From Candidatus Saccharimonadales bacterium (GTDB lineage: Bacteria > Patescibacteriota > Saccharimonadia > Saccharimonadales > UBA4665), in the NCBI GenBank assembly GCA_035510355.1, contig DATKHF010000001.1, forward strand, positions 3,661 to 67,660: 64,000 bases of DNA, given 5' to 3'. This document shows positions 47,821 through 56,384 of the stretch, in pieces. The notes below the pieces were generated by a model. The model was not told where the DNA came from. It worked only from the letters and a program-made list of their open reading frames with translations, and searched no databases. The position numbers were made by a program, and so were the translations under genes. Positions within the stretch are counted from its first letter, which is position 1; every line of letters begins with the position of its first letter.

Positions 47821-47905
47821 TGGTGGGGATGAAAGGACTTGAACCTTCACGCCTTGCGGCACATGCTCCTAAGGCATGCGTGTCTACCAATTCCACCACA
47901 TCCCC
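47821..47905 (-). tRNA. tRNA-Leu (anticodon UAG), type II
   Basis: Minus strand GGGGATG-T-GGTGGAATTGGTAGACAC-G-CATGC-CTTAGGA-GCATG-long variable arm-GAAGGTTCAAGTCCTTT-CATCCCC-A-CCA. Confidence 0.9.
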
Positions 47906-48002
47906 ATCTTCTCGTTCATTATATGATACCGCACTGCTAGTTGACAAATTGGTAACACTGCGTGATAGTTTAGTCTATAACAACGTATTAAAGGAAAAAC
48001 CT

Positions 48003-48641
48003 ATGAGCACAACAGAAAAAGCATCTACTCCAGCAACATTTCCTGGAGCGTTTTCGCTACTTATGCCAAGCTGGGAAGGTGTAAAGCTTAATATTATTAC
48101 ATTTATTGAACTAGCCTTTATACCGGTTCTATTTAGTTTACTGGGATCAATAGTCAATCATGGTTCCTCAACAACTACCGGCACGATACTGCAGATCACG
48201 GCTGATATAGTGTCAGCTATTTTTGCACCTGCACTTATCGTTACCCAGCTAAAGAGTGCCCGGCGACAGACAATAGATTTTTCGGAAGCTCTTAAAACTG
48301 GTCTGCGGTTTTTGTGGCGGCTTATCGGCTTAACTATCTGTTTAGCCGTGATCATTGGAATTGGGTTTGTATTGTTTATTGTGCCCGGCTTTTTTATGTT
48401 GCGCCGCTATTTCCTGGCACCGTATTACTTAGTTGACCGCGATATGAAAGTTTTTGATGCTATGAAGACCTGTGCAGCTGATTCTAAGCGATTTAGCTCG
48501 GCGGTATGGGGTCTTATTGGCGTTGAAATCTTGTTTGTTCTCTTGTCGTTCGTGTTTATTGGTATTATTTTTATCTTTATGTACTACTGCGCTTCAGCTA
48601 TTCGTTATAACGAAATCAAATCAGCCGCTAAGCGCACCTAG
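48003..48641 (+). CDS. Polytopic membrane protein, unknown function
   Basis: Start moved to MSTTEKAS (ATG 48003, AAGGA SD; TTGACA at 47941-47946 upstream); the ORF-track N-terminus (47823-48002) overlaps tRNA-Leu. Confidence 0.55.
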   Translation: MSTTEKASTPATFPGAFSLLMPSWEGVKLNIITFIELAFIPVLFSLLGSIVNHGSSTTTGTILQITADIVSAIFAPALIVTQLKSARRQTIDFSEALKTGLRFLWRLIGLTICLAVIIGIGFVLFIVPGFFMLRRYFLAPYYLVDRDMKVFDAMKTCAADSKRFSSAVWGLIGVEILFVLLSFVFIGIIFIFMYYCASAIRYNEIKSAAKRT

Positions 48642-48646
48642 ACTAT

Positions 48647-49174
48647 CTAGCGCTTATAGAAAATTAGCTGAGCATCTCCATACCGACGTTGAGCGACTTC
48701 GTAAAAATTCTCAAATGCTGGGACTGCCTGAGCGCCTGGCCAATCAAGCACCAACAGTCCATCTGGCCCCACATGACGAGCCAGTTTCTCTACAAGCTGA
48801 AATTGAAGGTCATCATACGGTGGCGCAGCAATAACAATATCGAACGTTTGATCGGGGTTATTGTCCGACCATCCACTAGCATTGGCGCGCGTTATTTTTA
48901 TCTGATGATTAAGGCCTAAGCTGCTGGCGTTTTTCTTTATGGTGTCATGAGCCTTCTTGTCGATATCAATAGCAATTGCACTCTGTGCACCGCGGCTGAG
49001 AGCCTCAAAGCTCAACGCTCCACTCCCCGCAAATGCATCGAGTACCGTTAAGCCATTAATATCACCAAGACTATTAAATAAGCCGCCACGAACTCGGTCA
49101 CTCATAGGGTGAGTTCGATGTCCATGCGGTGAATCGAACGAACGACCGCCAAGCCGCCCAGCGATAATTCTCAT
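48647..49174 (-). CDS. rsmD: 16S rRNA (guanine966-N2)-methyltransferase RsmD
   Basis: 175 aa; MRIIAGRLGGR...P..R.T.DRVR..LFN.L, DAFAGSGALSFEALSRGA, PPY. Confidence 0.85.
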   Translation of the reverse strand: MRIIAGRLGGRSFDSPHGHRTHPMSDRVRGGLFNSLGDINGLTVLDAFAGSGALSFEALSRGAQSAIAIDIDKKAHDTIKKNASSLGLNHQIKITRANASGWSDNNPDQTFDIVIAAPPYDDLQFQLVEKLARHVGPDGLLVLDWPGAQAVPAFENFYEVAQRRYGDAQLIFYKR

Positions 49175-49974
49175 GATTTATCAGCTACCGGCGGCACAGT
49201 GAGTAGCCCAGCTTCTACGAAGGCAGCATACCAACTAAGCGTTACGATTCGGACCATCCGGGGTGCCAGCTTTAAGCGTACGTCGCGAGCCAAGAAGGGG
49301 GTCCAGCCTTTTTTATAAAATCGCTCATACATTTTTAACTGCTCAATGTCATGCACATAGTGACGAAATATTTCAACAGAAGAGTTCTCAGCGAGTTGCT
49401 GCAAGTCGGCAGCTGTTGGTCGGGCTGTCGCCAGCGCTAGCGGCAAAATAACCATCCCAGCTCCAGCTTCAAAGGAAGTATGGGTTGTCAGCAGACCTTT
49501 TGGCCCGATGAGACGGAAACTGCGCCGAACAGTATCTGTCGCATTGTCACCTTTGACAAGAAAATGACTGCCAACCGTCTCACGATCACTCTTTTCTTGC
49601 CGGTATAATGTTCTGAGTTCTGATTCATAGGGAAAATGATGAGCCGGTGTCAAACCATCAACCAGCGCGTGAGCCAACCACGACGCCTCGAACGCTGACC
49701 GCGTTGGATCACCAGCCTTCAGTTCGCGGACAAGCCCCTGATAATGATGGCGTAAGGTATCAAGAAACTCCTTGTTATTACCCGATGGATTATAAAAATG
49801 CCAGGGCGGCTCGCTAGCCCCCTTCTTCAACCTTGTAGCATCAGGTCCATTATTGCCTTCAAAGTGAAGGATATCTGACAAGATTAGATGTGGCTGAGGG
49901 TACAGTAGTTCACTCAGGTGTTTATAGGCGACCGTGTCGATCTTTTGGTGTGTCTTTATAAAAAACGACCACAT
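49171..49974 (-). CDS. Zinc-dependent phospholipase C / P1-nuclease-fold protein (putative)
   Basis: 267 aa; N-terminal Trp2, WHFYNP (cf. SHFYDP), WLAHALVDGLTPAHH (cf. LHYLGDVNQPMH), THTSFEAG (cf. FHSKYENF), resembling the Zn ligand set of bacterial PLC. Confidence 0.45.
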   Translation of the reverse strand: MWSFFIKTHQKIDTVAYKHLSELLYPQPHLILSDILHFEGNNGPDATRLKKGASEPPWHFYNPSGNNKEFLDTLRHHYQGLVRELKAGDPTRSAFEASWLAHALVDGLTPAHHFPYESELRTLYRQEKSDRETVGSHFLVKGDNATDTVRRSFRLIGPKGLLTTHTSFEAGAGMVILPLALATARPTAADLQQLAENSSVEIFRHYVHDIEQLKMYERFYKKGWTPFLARDVRLKLAPRMVRIVTLSWYAAFVEAGLLTVPPVADKS

Positions 49975-50025
49975 ATTTTATTCTTGATTCCTAGGCGCTC
50001 TGCCCAAGTTTTATGCGTTTCCTGT

Positions 50026-52062
50026 TTAATTTAAGTTCGTTACAGCCTGCAGTTCACCGACATGCATAGCTAGTGTCTTATATTGCCTGAGATTATCCTT
50101 TTTATCAATAAATAGCTGAGCGCTACTTCGAGCGGCAGCTATCAGCTTCACATCAGATAATTTAGCAATTCGTAAATCAAGAAGGCCGTGCTGGGCTTGC
50201 CCATAAATAGCGCCTGGGCCACGAAGTTCGAGGTCAAGCTCAGCCAACTTGAAGCCATCATTGGTTTTTTCAAGTGCCCGCAAACGAGGCGTTGGTTTGG
50301 AGTTATCACTAAGCATTAAATAACAATACCCTTGGCTGCTCCCACGGCCAACACGACCTCGTAGTTGGTGCATTTGCGCTAAACCAAAGCGATCAGCAGC
50401 CTCGATTAACATCACACTGGCACCGGGCACATCGACACCAACTTCAATCACCGTTGTCGCAACTAAAATATCTAATTCATGGCTGACAAACTTTTCCATT
50501 ATGGCGTTCTTGTCATCAGCTTTCATCTTGCCGTGGAGCAAGCCAACCCGAAAGTCTTTGAAGTCGCTTTCACTAAACTGTTCATAAATTTTTTCAGCTG
50601 AGTTGGCAGTACTGGTTAGAGAATCTGTAATCAATGGACACACAACAAACATTTGTCGTCCAGCCAAAAGTTCCGGTTTTATCTTTTCATATAGTTGAGG
50701 CCGCGAGTTTGGTGTCTCAATTTGGGTGATGATCGGTTTACGGTCAGCCGGTTTAGTGTCAAGTATAGATATATCAAGCTCGCCATAGAGAGTTAAAGCC
50801 AGTGTTCGGGGAATCGGTGTAGCGGTTAGACTTAAGACATGTGGCATATGTCCAGCTTTAGCCATAAGTGTCTTGCGCTGTTCGACACCAAAACGGTGCT
50901 GTTCATCAATAATAATTAGCGCCAGACCATGCATATCAACCTTATCCTGAATAAGCGCATGGGTACCGATAATGAATTTGGTCTTACCCTGTTTGATAGC
51001 TTGATGGGCTTTGGTTTTTTCAGCCGCTTTCATGCTCCCAACTAGTAAACTGACCGTAGCTTGCATGCCAAGCGGCTCAAGTAACTTATAAATGGTTTCG
51101 GCATGTTGACGAGCTAATAATTCAGTGGGGGCCATAAACGCTACTTGATGACCTTGTTCAATTGCCATCAGAGCAGCCATCGTTGCAACTACAGTTTTAC
51201 CAGAACCGACATCGCCTTCCACCATTCGGTTCATTGGTTCAGGCTCAGCTAAGTTTTTGTATATCTGCCAGACAACCTTACGTTGAGCGTCCGTTAGTTT
51301 AAAAGGCAAGTATTTTACGAAAGCTTTAGCTATTTGCTCACTGAATGGGATTCGCGGTGCTACTTCACGCTGGTTCTCTTGTTTATTCAGTAAACTGGCC
51401 AGGCTGAGTTCAAAGACCTCTTCAAAACCAAGACGTCGACGGGCTAGTTCCAAAGCTTCGCTATTTTTTGGGAAGTGAATAGCTTCAACAGCTACAACAC
51501 GACTCATAAGATGCTGATCGTCAATGAGCCACGCTGGTAAAGTTTCAGCTAATCCCCGGATCAGCGGCAATAGTTCACGGATGGCCCGTCGAACTTGCTT
51601 ACTGGTTAGCCCTTTGGTTTCACGGTAAACTGGTACAATCCGAGCTGTATTTACTGGGAATTCGCTTACCAGCTCAACACTAGGGTTCATAATGCTCAGT
51701 CGTTGATGTCGAAGCTCAAATTGCCCAGAGATATAATACTCAACGCCAAATTTCAGACTCGCCTCACGATATGGCTGATTGAACCAAATGAGTCGTACGC
51801 TCCCTGTTTCGTCTGAGGCAACGGCCTCAGTAATGTGCATCCCCCGACGACCATAGCGACCTTTAGCTTGTTTCATGACAGCCTTGATTGTAACTGGCCC
51901 CGGTTTAATGCGATTTGTGGGCGTAACTGACGAGTAATCCTCATAACGCCGTGGATAATGTACGATTAGCTCACCGACAGTCTCAATTCCAATAATCTTA
52001 AATTTCTTGGCTAACTCCTCGCCCACGCCTTTTATTTCAGTCAATGAACCGTTAAGTGTCAT
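50026..52062 (-). CDS. recG: ATP-dependent DNA helicase RecG
   Basis: 678 aa; wedge domain then helicase motifs GDVGSGKT, DEQHRFG, TATPIPRT, QLRGRVGRG. Confidence 0.95.
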   Translation of the reverse strand: MTLNGSLTEIKGVGEELAKKFKIIGIETVGELIVHYPRRYEDYSSVTPTNRIKPGPVTIKAVMKQAKGRYGRRGMHITEAVASDETGSVRLIWFNQPYREASLKFGVEYYISGQFELRHQRLSIMNPSVELVSEFPVNTARIVPVYRETKGLTSKQVRRAIRELLPLIRGLAETLPAWLIDDQHLMSRVVAVEAIHFPKNSEALELARRRLGFEEVFELSLASLLNKQENQREVAPRIPFSEQIAKAFVKYLPFKLTDAQRKVVWQIYKNLAEPEPMNRMVEGDVGSGKTVVATMAALMAIEQGHQVAFMAPTELLARQHAETIYKLLEPLGMQATVSLLVGSMKAAEKTKAHQAIKQGKTKFIIGTHALIQDKVDMHGLALIIIDEQHRFGVEQRKTLMAKAGHMPHVLSLTATPIPRTLALTLYGELDISILDTKPADRKPIITQIETPNSRPQLYEKIKPELLAGRQMFVVCPLITDSLTSTANSAEKIYEQFSESDFKDFRVGLLHGKMKADDKNAIMEKFVSHELDILVATTVIEVGVDVPGASVMLIEAADRFGLAQMHQLRGRVGRGSSQGYCYLMLSDNSKPTPRLRALEKTNDGFKLAELDLELRGPGAIYGQAQHGLLDLRIAKLSDVKLIAAARSSAQLFIDKKDNLRQYKTLAMHVGELQAVTNLN

Positions 52063-52069
52063 GGTAGGT

Positions 52070-52099
52070 AGTATACCTAGCTCTATGTCACATTAATAA
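52070..52099 (-). promoter_or_regulatory. Candidate recG promoter (leaderless geometry)
   Basis: Minus strand TTATTA (52099-52094), 18 nt, TATACT (52075-52070), 7 nt, ATG 52062. Confidence 0.4.
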
Positions 52100-52171
52100 C
52101 GCCACTCAACGCAGCATTGTTTTATCTTTAAGTTTTGTGATGAAGTTAACCGCTAAATTGTCACATAAAAG

Positions 52172-52230
52172 CATTCAGCTTGCTAACTTCCGCTACTAGA
52201 TCCATGTAGCGAATGTCACCAAGCTGAATG
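52172..52230. repeat. Nested perfect inverted repeat in recG/crp-like intergenic region
   Basis: Outer arms CATTCAGCTTG (52172-52182) / CAAGCTGAATG (52220-52230), inner arms CGCTAC (52191-52196) / GTAGCG (52206-52211), symmetric 8x8 internal loop. Confidence 0.8.
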
Positions 52231-52478
52231 TTTCGATCTTAATTATCTGCCAACTTGTAGGTAAGCATTTAGGTCATTGTTAGTCTCCTGATAATTAATG
52301 AATTTGTACGATCTAGTGGCAGTTGGGATGAAGCGCTAAATATGCTTTGTTCTTATCCTCGTAGCGTTCGATCGTAGCCATATAATAACCAAAAGATACA
52401 CATCGTTCTGTAAAGATCGCCCCATCATCGAAATGATTATAGCCTAGTAATATATGTGGATTGTATTACAATAAAAGT

Positions 52479-53123
52479 ATGAGAAATCTCACAGTTGAAT
52501 CAGTTAAAGGACTCTTTCCACGATCTACCGTTCGCAGATATGATAAAAATCAAATCATTTGTTATCATGGCGATAAACCGCAGCATATCTTCTTTGTGCT
52601 CAAAGGCCATGTCCGGTACTACGATATCGACGAACAAGGGAATGAAAAAATCTTGCACATCAATGGCCCCCAGAACATTTTTCCGATGCTTTATGCCTTT
52701 GATGTTACTGATGAGGTGAATGGCTTTTACTGCAGCATCGACAATGTTGAGGTTCTGTCTATCCCTCTAAAAGATTTTCACGAAGTTATTAAAACTAACA
52801 TTGAGTTCTCGAATAACCTCGTACTCTGGTTTTTGAATGAGATAGAACAACTAGTCTACCGGTTGAATAGTCTCGAGAAAACCGACTCTAGAGTAAAAAT
52901 TCTATATGCTCTAAAAAGTCTGGCGCTTAATCACGGACAAGCTACGGACGAGTGGCACAAGATTGGTTTTCCAATAACCCAACAATTTATAGCTGATTTT
53001 ACGGGTTTGGCACGCGAAACGGTAAGCTCAACAATGCATGAACTCGAGAAAGATAAAATTGTTCGTACAGGTAAGTTACGATCCTTAGAGGTTAAGCGTA
53101 AAGAGCTCGACAAGCTCTCGTAA
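52479..53123 (+). CDS. Crp/Fnr-family transcriptional regulator
   Basis: About 214 aa from ATG 52479; cNMP-binding-like N-domain and C-terminal HTH (FADFTGLARETVSSTMHELEKDKIV); TACAAT (52467-52472) 6 nt before ATG. Confidence 0.75.
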   Translation: MRNLTVESVKGLFPRSTVRRYDKNQIICYHGDKPQHIFFVLKGHVRYYDIDEQGNEKILHINGPQNIFPMLYAFDVTDEVNGFYCSIDNVEVLSIPLKDFHEVIKTNIEFSNNLVLWFLNEIEQLVYRLNSLEKTDSRVKILYALKSLALNHGQATDEWHKIGFPITQQFIADFTGLARETVSSTMHELEKDKIVRTGKLRSLEVKRKELDKLS

Positions 53124-53128
53124 TCTCT

Positions 53129-54145
53129 CTATTCCTTATATAAGCTACCAGTGGCGTACACGCCAAGGAGTCGGAAAGCCATAAAGCTCTTATAGCTAGA
53201 ATCATTATTGAAGACATCAAATAATATGCGCGGCGGTCCTGTAAATTCAACAAGGTAATCACCGTCTCCTCCAACCTGCTCTCTTTGACTATTTCTTCGG
53301 CCCATTTGGACTGAATGGACTTTCATGTCACGCATGTGTTCCATGGCTTTCTGATAGCCATCGTCCATAGCAGGCTTTTTAGGCGATACAATACCAGCGA
53401 CTTTCGCTAGCTCGTCGTCACCGAGTTGACCACCTCTTGGCAAAAGATCACCATCAGGCCTGTGACGACCCTCTCGTGACTGAACAATTAAAAAACGAGT
53501 TTGATTATGAGGGTCGTCATGGACATTTTCCGCAAGAACGGTAAGACCATAATGCTTTGCTGCATGTCGGCTACATAGTGCCGCCGCCGTTGCACCCATA
53601 GACGACACTAGCTGAGCGGCTCGTGACGTACTATCAACTTCTTCTTGTCTAAATCGATGGTCCGTCAAAAATCTACGGGCTTGCCCGAAAGGCTTAGATT
53701 GGGAATAAACTGTTTTTACCTCATCAATTGTCTTGCCATTACCAGCTAATTGAATTTCAACCAGCAGACTGCCTTCGCCCAAGATATAATAATCTCCAGT
53801 GAGCAAAGCATCCGTTACTGTCTGTATGGTGCTTGTCTGACTATTCTCGACAGGCAAAATACCAACCGTCAAACTATTTCCCTGATCATGGTAGACAGCT
53901 TCGGTGACTTGTGAAAAATTTTCGTGAGGAATGTAATGAGGAGCCCTCCAGCCACCACGGCGTTGCGGCACTTCAAAATCCGTTCCGAGCATGACTGTAG
54001 CCATAATCTCTGAGTAGGAGTCTTGAGGGCCGAGATACCTAACAACACTAGGCTCAATTCTAGATATGAAATCATCTTGGATGCCCGACGTTAACGGATC
54101 ATCACTCAGGGATACTTCTTGGGACGCCATAAATTGTAAAATCAC
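53129..54145 (-). CDS. pheA: Prephenate dehydratase-domain protein
   Basis: 338 aa; PDT signatures YLGPQDSYSE, LPVENSQTSTI, TVYSQSKPFGQ, STSRAA, NQTRFLIV; start may be MASQEV (54130). Confidence 0.65.
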   Translation of the reverse strand: MILQFMASQEVSLSDDPLTSGIQDDFISRIEPSVVRYLGPQDSYSEIMATVMLGTDFEVPQRRGGWRAPHYIPHENFSQVTEAVYHDQGNSLTVGILPVENSQTSTIQTVTDALLTGDYYILGEGSLLVEIQLAGNGKTIDEVKTVYSQSKPFGQARRFLTDHRFRQEEVDSTSRAAQLVSSMGATAAALCSRHAAKHYGLTVLAENVHDDPHNQTRFLIVQSREGRHRPDGDLLPRGGQLGDDELAKVAGIVSPKKPAMDDGYQKAMEHMRDMKVHSVQMGRRNSQREQVGGDGDYLVEFTGPPRILFDVFNNDSSYKSFMAFRLLGVYATGSLYKE

Positions 54146-54224
54146 TCACACATTGTTAATATATCGCTTTATAATAATACAGATTTTGCCCGTTGTCAAA
54201 CTGTTGGTAACGCTATGTAAGATG

Positions 54225-54998
54225 TTATTTGGCTTTTTTGGCAAAAAAGAAGACGCTCGGTCCGAAGAACGTCTTGGCTAGTATTGGCTGTAAAAAGTCT
54301 TCAATGGAAAGCATTACCCTCTTAGGCATAACTTTCTTGATGCTCTGACTACGAAGGTTAGACACTGACAACATGCGTTCAATGGACAGACCGGCGTCAG
54401 CCAATTGTTTGATAACCGTGTGTGGATTGTGATTAACGAAGGCGATTTCGTCTTTGCCACGATGTTCAGGAGAACGAATATCAACCGGCTCCGTTGGCAT
54501 CTTTTTACCTTTTAGCAGGTGCTTGAGCCGATTCTCGGCATGAGCATAGTTGGCAACTTCAATAATGGCATAGCCATCTGGTGAGAGTACACGGCTAATT
54601 TCAGCAAATTCGGCGCTTGGGTCAGGTAAGTGGTGCAAGACACGTATCATCGCCAATAGATTCACTTCGCCATCTTTGAACTGAAGGTTGTCGGCCTGCA
54701 TAAGCCTACGCTTAATGCTAGGAGAGTCTTTCAGGAAATCTTTAGCGATATCGAGTTGCTGCTGACTTGGTTCCGCTAATGTAACTTCATCGGAGAATTC
54801 TGCAAGAAGCGGATCAAGACGACCATAACCGCCGCCTACATCTACAGTAACTTTGAAATGCCTACCTTTTAATAACCGCTTGATCGCCAGGACTTCGGCG
54901 TCGTTCTCATAATCACGCCCGTTCCAGTACTTTAAATAGTTATGACTTGGGTCGTTATATTGATCAGCTTTTTTGGCGGATTGAGAAGCAGTGGACAT
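54225..54998 (-). CDS. Class I SAM-dependent methyltransferase
   Basis: 257 aa; motif I VDVGGGYGR, later acidic loop and LSPDGYAIIEV. Confidence 0.75.
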   Translation of the reverse strand: MSTASQSAKKADQYNDPSHNYLKYWNGRDYENDAEVLAIKRLLKGRHFKVTVDVGGGYGRLDPLLAEFSDEVTLAEPSQQQLDIAKDFLKDSPSIKRRLMQADNLQFKDGEVNLLAMIRVLHHLPDPSAEFAEISRVLSPDGYAIIEVANYAHAENRLKHLLKGKKMPTEPVDIRSPEHRGKDEIAFVNHNPHTVIKQLADAGLSIERMLSVSNLRSQSIKKVMPKRVMLSIEDFLQPILAKTFFGPSVFFFAKKAK

Positions 54999-55016
54999 AT
55001 TGCGGTTTAGTATAAC

Positions 55017-56255
55017 TTACTTTGATTTTTCAACCACAGCAAAATTATTTTTGCCACGTTTTAGTAAATTATCTCCGTCTTGAAATGAAGCTCCAGAATC
55101 GGGTTCTGCCTTTTGGCCGTTTATATAGATTGCCCCAGAAACAATAAAGCCCGTAGCTTCGGTGTTTGAACTAGCCAAACCGGCTCTGACGATTGTGTGG
55201 CTCAGAAGATCATCAGATGTTGCGGTGATTACCGGCAATTCCGTTTTCAGCACAGCGACATCGTCAGAACCGAGATCCGCAAAATTTCGCTCACCAAACA
55301 GGACTTCACTAGCCTGTCTAGCTGAATTGGCAGCTTTTTCAGTATGGACTAGCTTGGTTACGGTGAACGCTAATGTTTTCTGGGCCAAGCGACTTTCCCT
55401 TTTATCAGTAAACTTCTGCATAGTCTCGTCGATCGTTGACTTATCAAGTTCCGTAAATATTTTCAAATAACTCTCAACACTATCGTCATCAACGTTTAAC
55501 CAAAACTGATAGAATTTGAATGGACTAGTCTTTTTAGGGTCAAGCCAAATTGTATCGTCTTCAGTTTTCCCATATTTTTTGCCTGTCGTTTTATTAGTAA
55601 TAAGTGGTACTGAATAGACATTTGCCTCACCTCCGGCGATCCGGCGAACAAGCTCAACGCCTGCAATACTGTTTCCCCACTGGTCAGAGCCACATACCTG
55701 CAGCGTAACATTATGATTCTTATATAGATGCAGGAAATCATAGGCCTGAATAAGTACGTAGCTAAACTCGGCGTAGCTAATACCACTGCCGTCATCACCG
55801 AGACGCGTCTGGATAAAGTCTCGAGCCAACATTTGGCGAATTGGTACATGTTTACCGATGTCGCGTAAAAAATCCAAATATTTTATATCTTTGAACCACT
55901 CGTAATTATCTACCAGCTTAAATTTGTCGCCACCAAATATTTGACGATACTGAGTAGCTATTGCTTCCTTATTGTGAGTAATTTCATCTATTGACTTTAG
56001 TATGCGTTCATCACTTTTACCATCAGGATCACCAATCATACCAGTCGCGCCGCCGATAAGTAGAATAGGCCTGTGGTCATATTTCATAAAGCACTTAACC
56101 ATCATAGCTGCAGCTAAGTTACCGATCGTCATTGAGTCAGCGCTAGGATCAACACCCCAATAGAATGTAATCGGTTCATCATCAAGAACGGTCAAATCTT
56201 TATACGTCGTTTGGTTAATAAGACCACGCCAACGGAGTTCTTCGCTTAAAGTCAT
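55017..56255 (-). CDS. tyrS: Tyrosine--tRNA ligase
   Basis: Start moved to MTLSEELRWRGL (ATG 56255) since TATACT (56267-56262) lies 6 nt upstream inside the longer ORF; class I motifs, KKYGKT (KMSKS-like), C-terminal S4 domain. Confidence 0.9.
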   Translation of the reverse strand: MTLSEELRWRGLINQTTYKDLTVLDDEPITFYWGVDPSADSMTIGNLAAAMMVKCFMKYDHRPILLIGGATGMIGDPDGKSDERILKSIDEITHNKEAIATQYRQIFGGDKFKLVDNYEWFKDIKYLDFLRDIGKHVPIRQMLARDFIQTRLGDDGSGISYAEFSYVLIQAYDFLHLYKNHNVTLQVCGSDQWGNSIAGVELVRRIAGGEANVYSVPLITNKTTGKKYGKTEDDTIWLDPKKTSPFKFYQFWLNVDDDSVESYLKIFTELDKSTIDETMQKFTDKRESRLAQKTLAFTVTKLVHTEKAANSARQASEVLFGERNFADLGSDDVAVLKTELPVITATSDDLLSHTIVRAGLASSNTEATGFIVSGAIYINGQKAEPDSGASFQDGDNLLKRGKNNFAVVEKSK

Positions 56256-56320
56256 GTCCAAAGTATAACGCACTCTGGAGATCTGCTGAAGCGGAACTGC
56301 AAAAAATTACATAAAGACAT

Positions 56321-56349
56321 GTTGGTTGTGGCTAAAACTTTGCTATAAT
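56321..56349 (+). promoter_or_regulatory. Promoter for PBP gene
   Basis: GTTGGT (56321-56326), 17 nt, extended -10 TGcTATAAT (TATAAT 56344-56349). Confidence 0.5.
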
Positions 56350-56384
56350 GTGCCTAAACAGCGAAACGGAGAAAACGATATAAC

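Noticed and set aside
47823-48002. N-terminal 60 aa of the 272-aa ORF 47823-48641
   Set aside because: It overlaps tRNA-Leu(UAG) on the opposite strand and precedes a TTGACA promoter box (47941-47946). The internal ATG at 48003 has an AAGGA SD.
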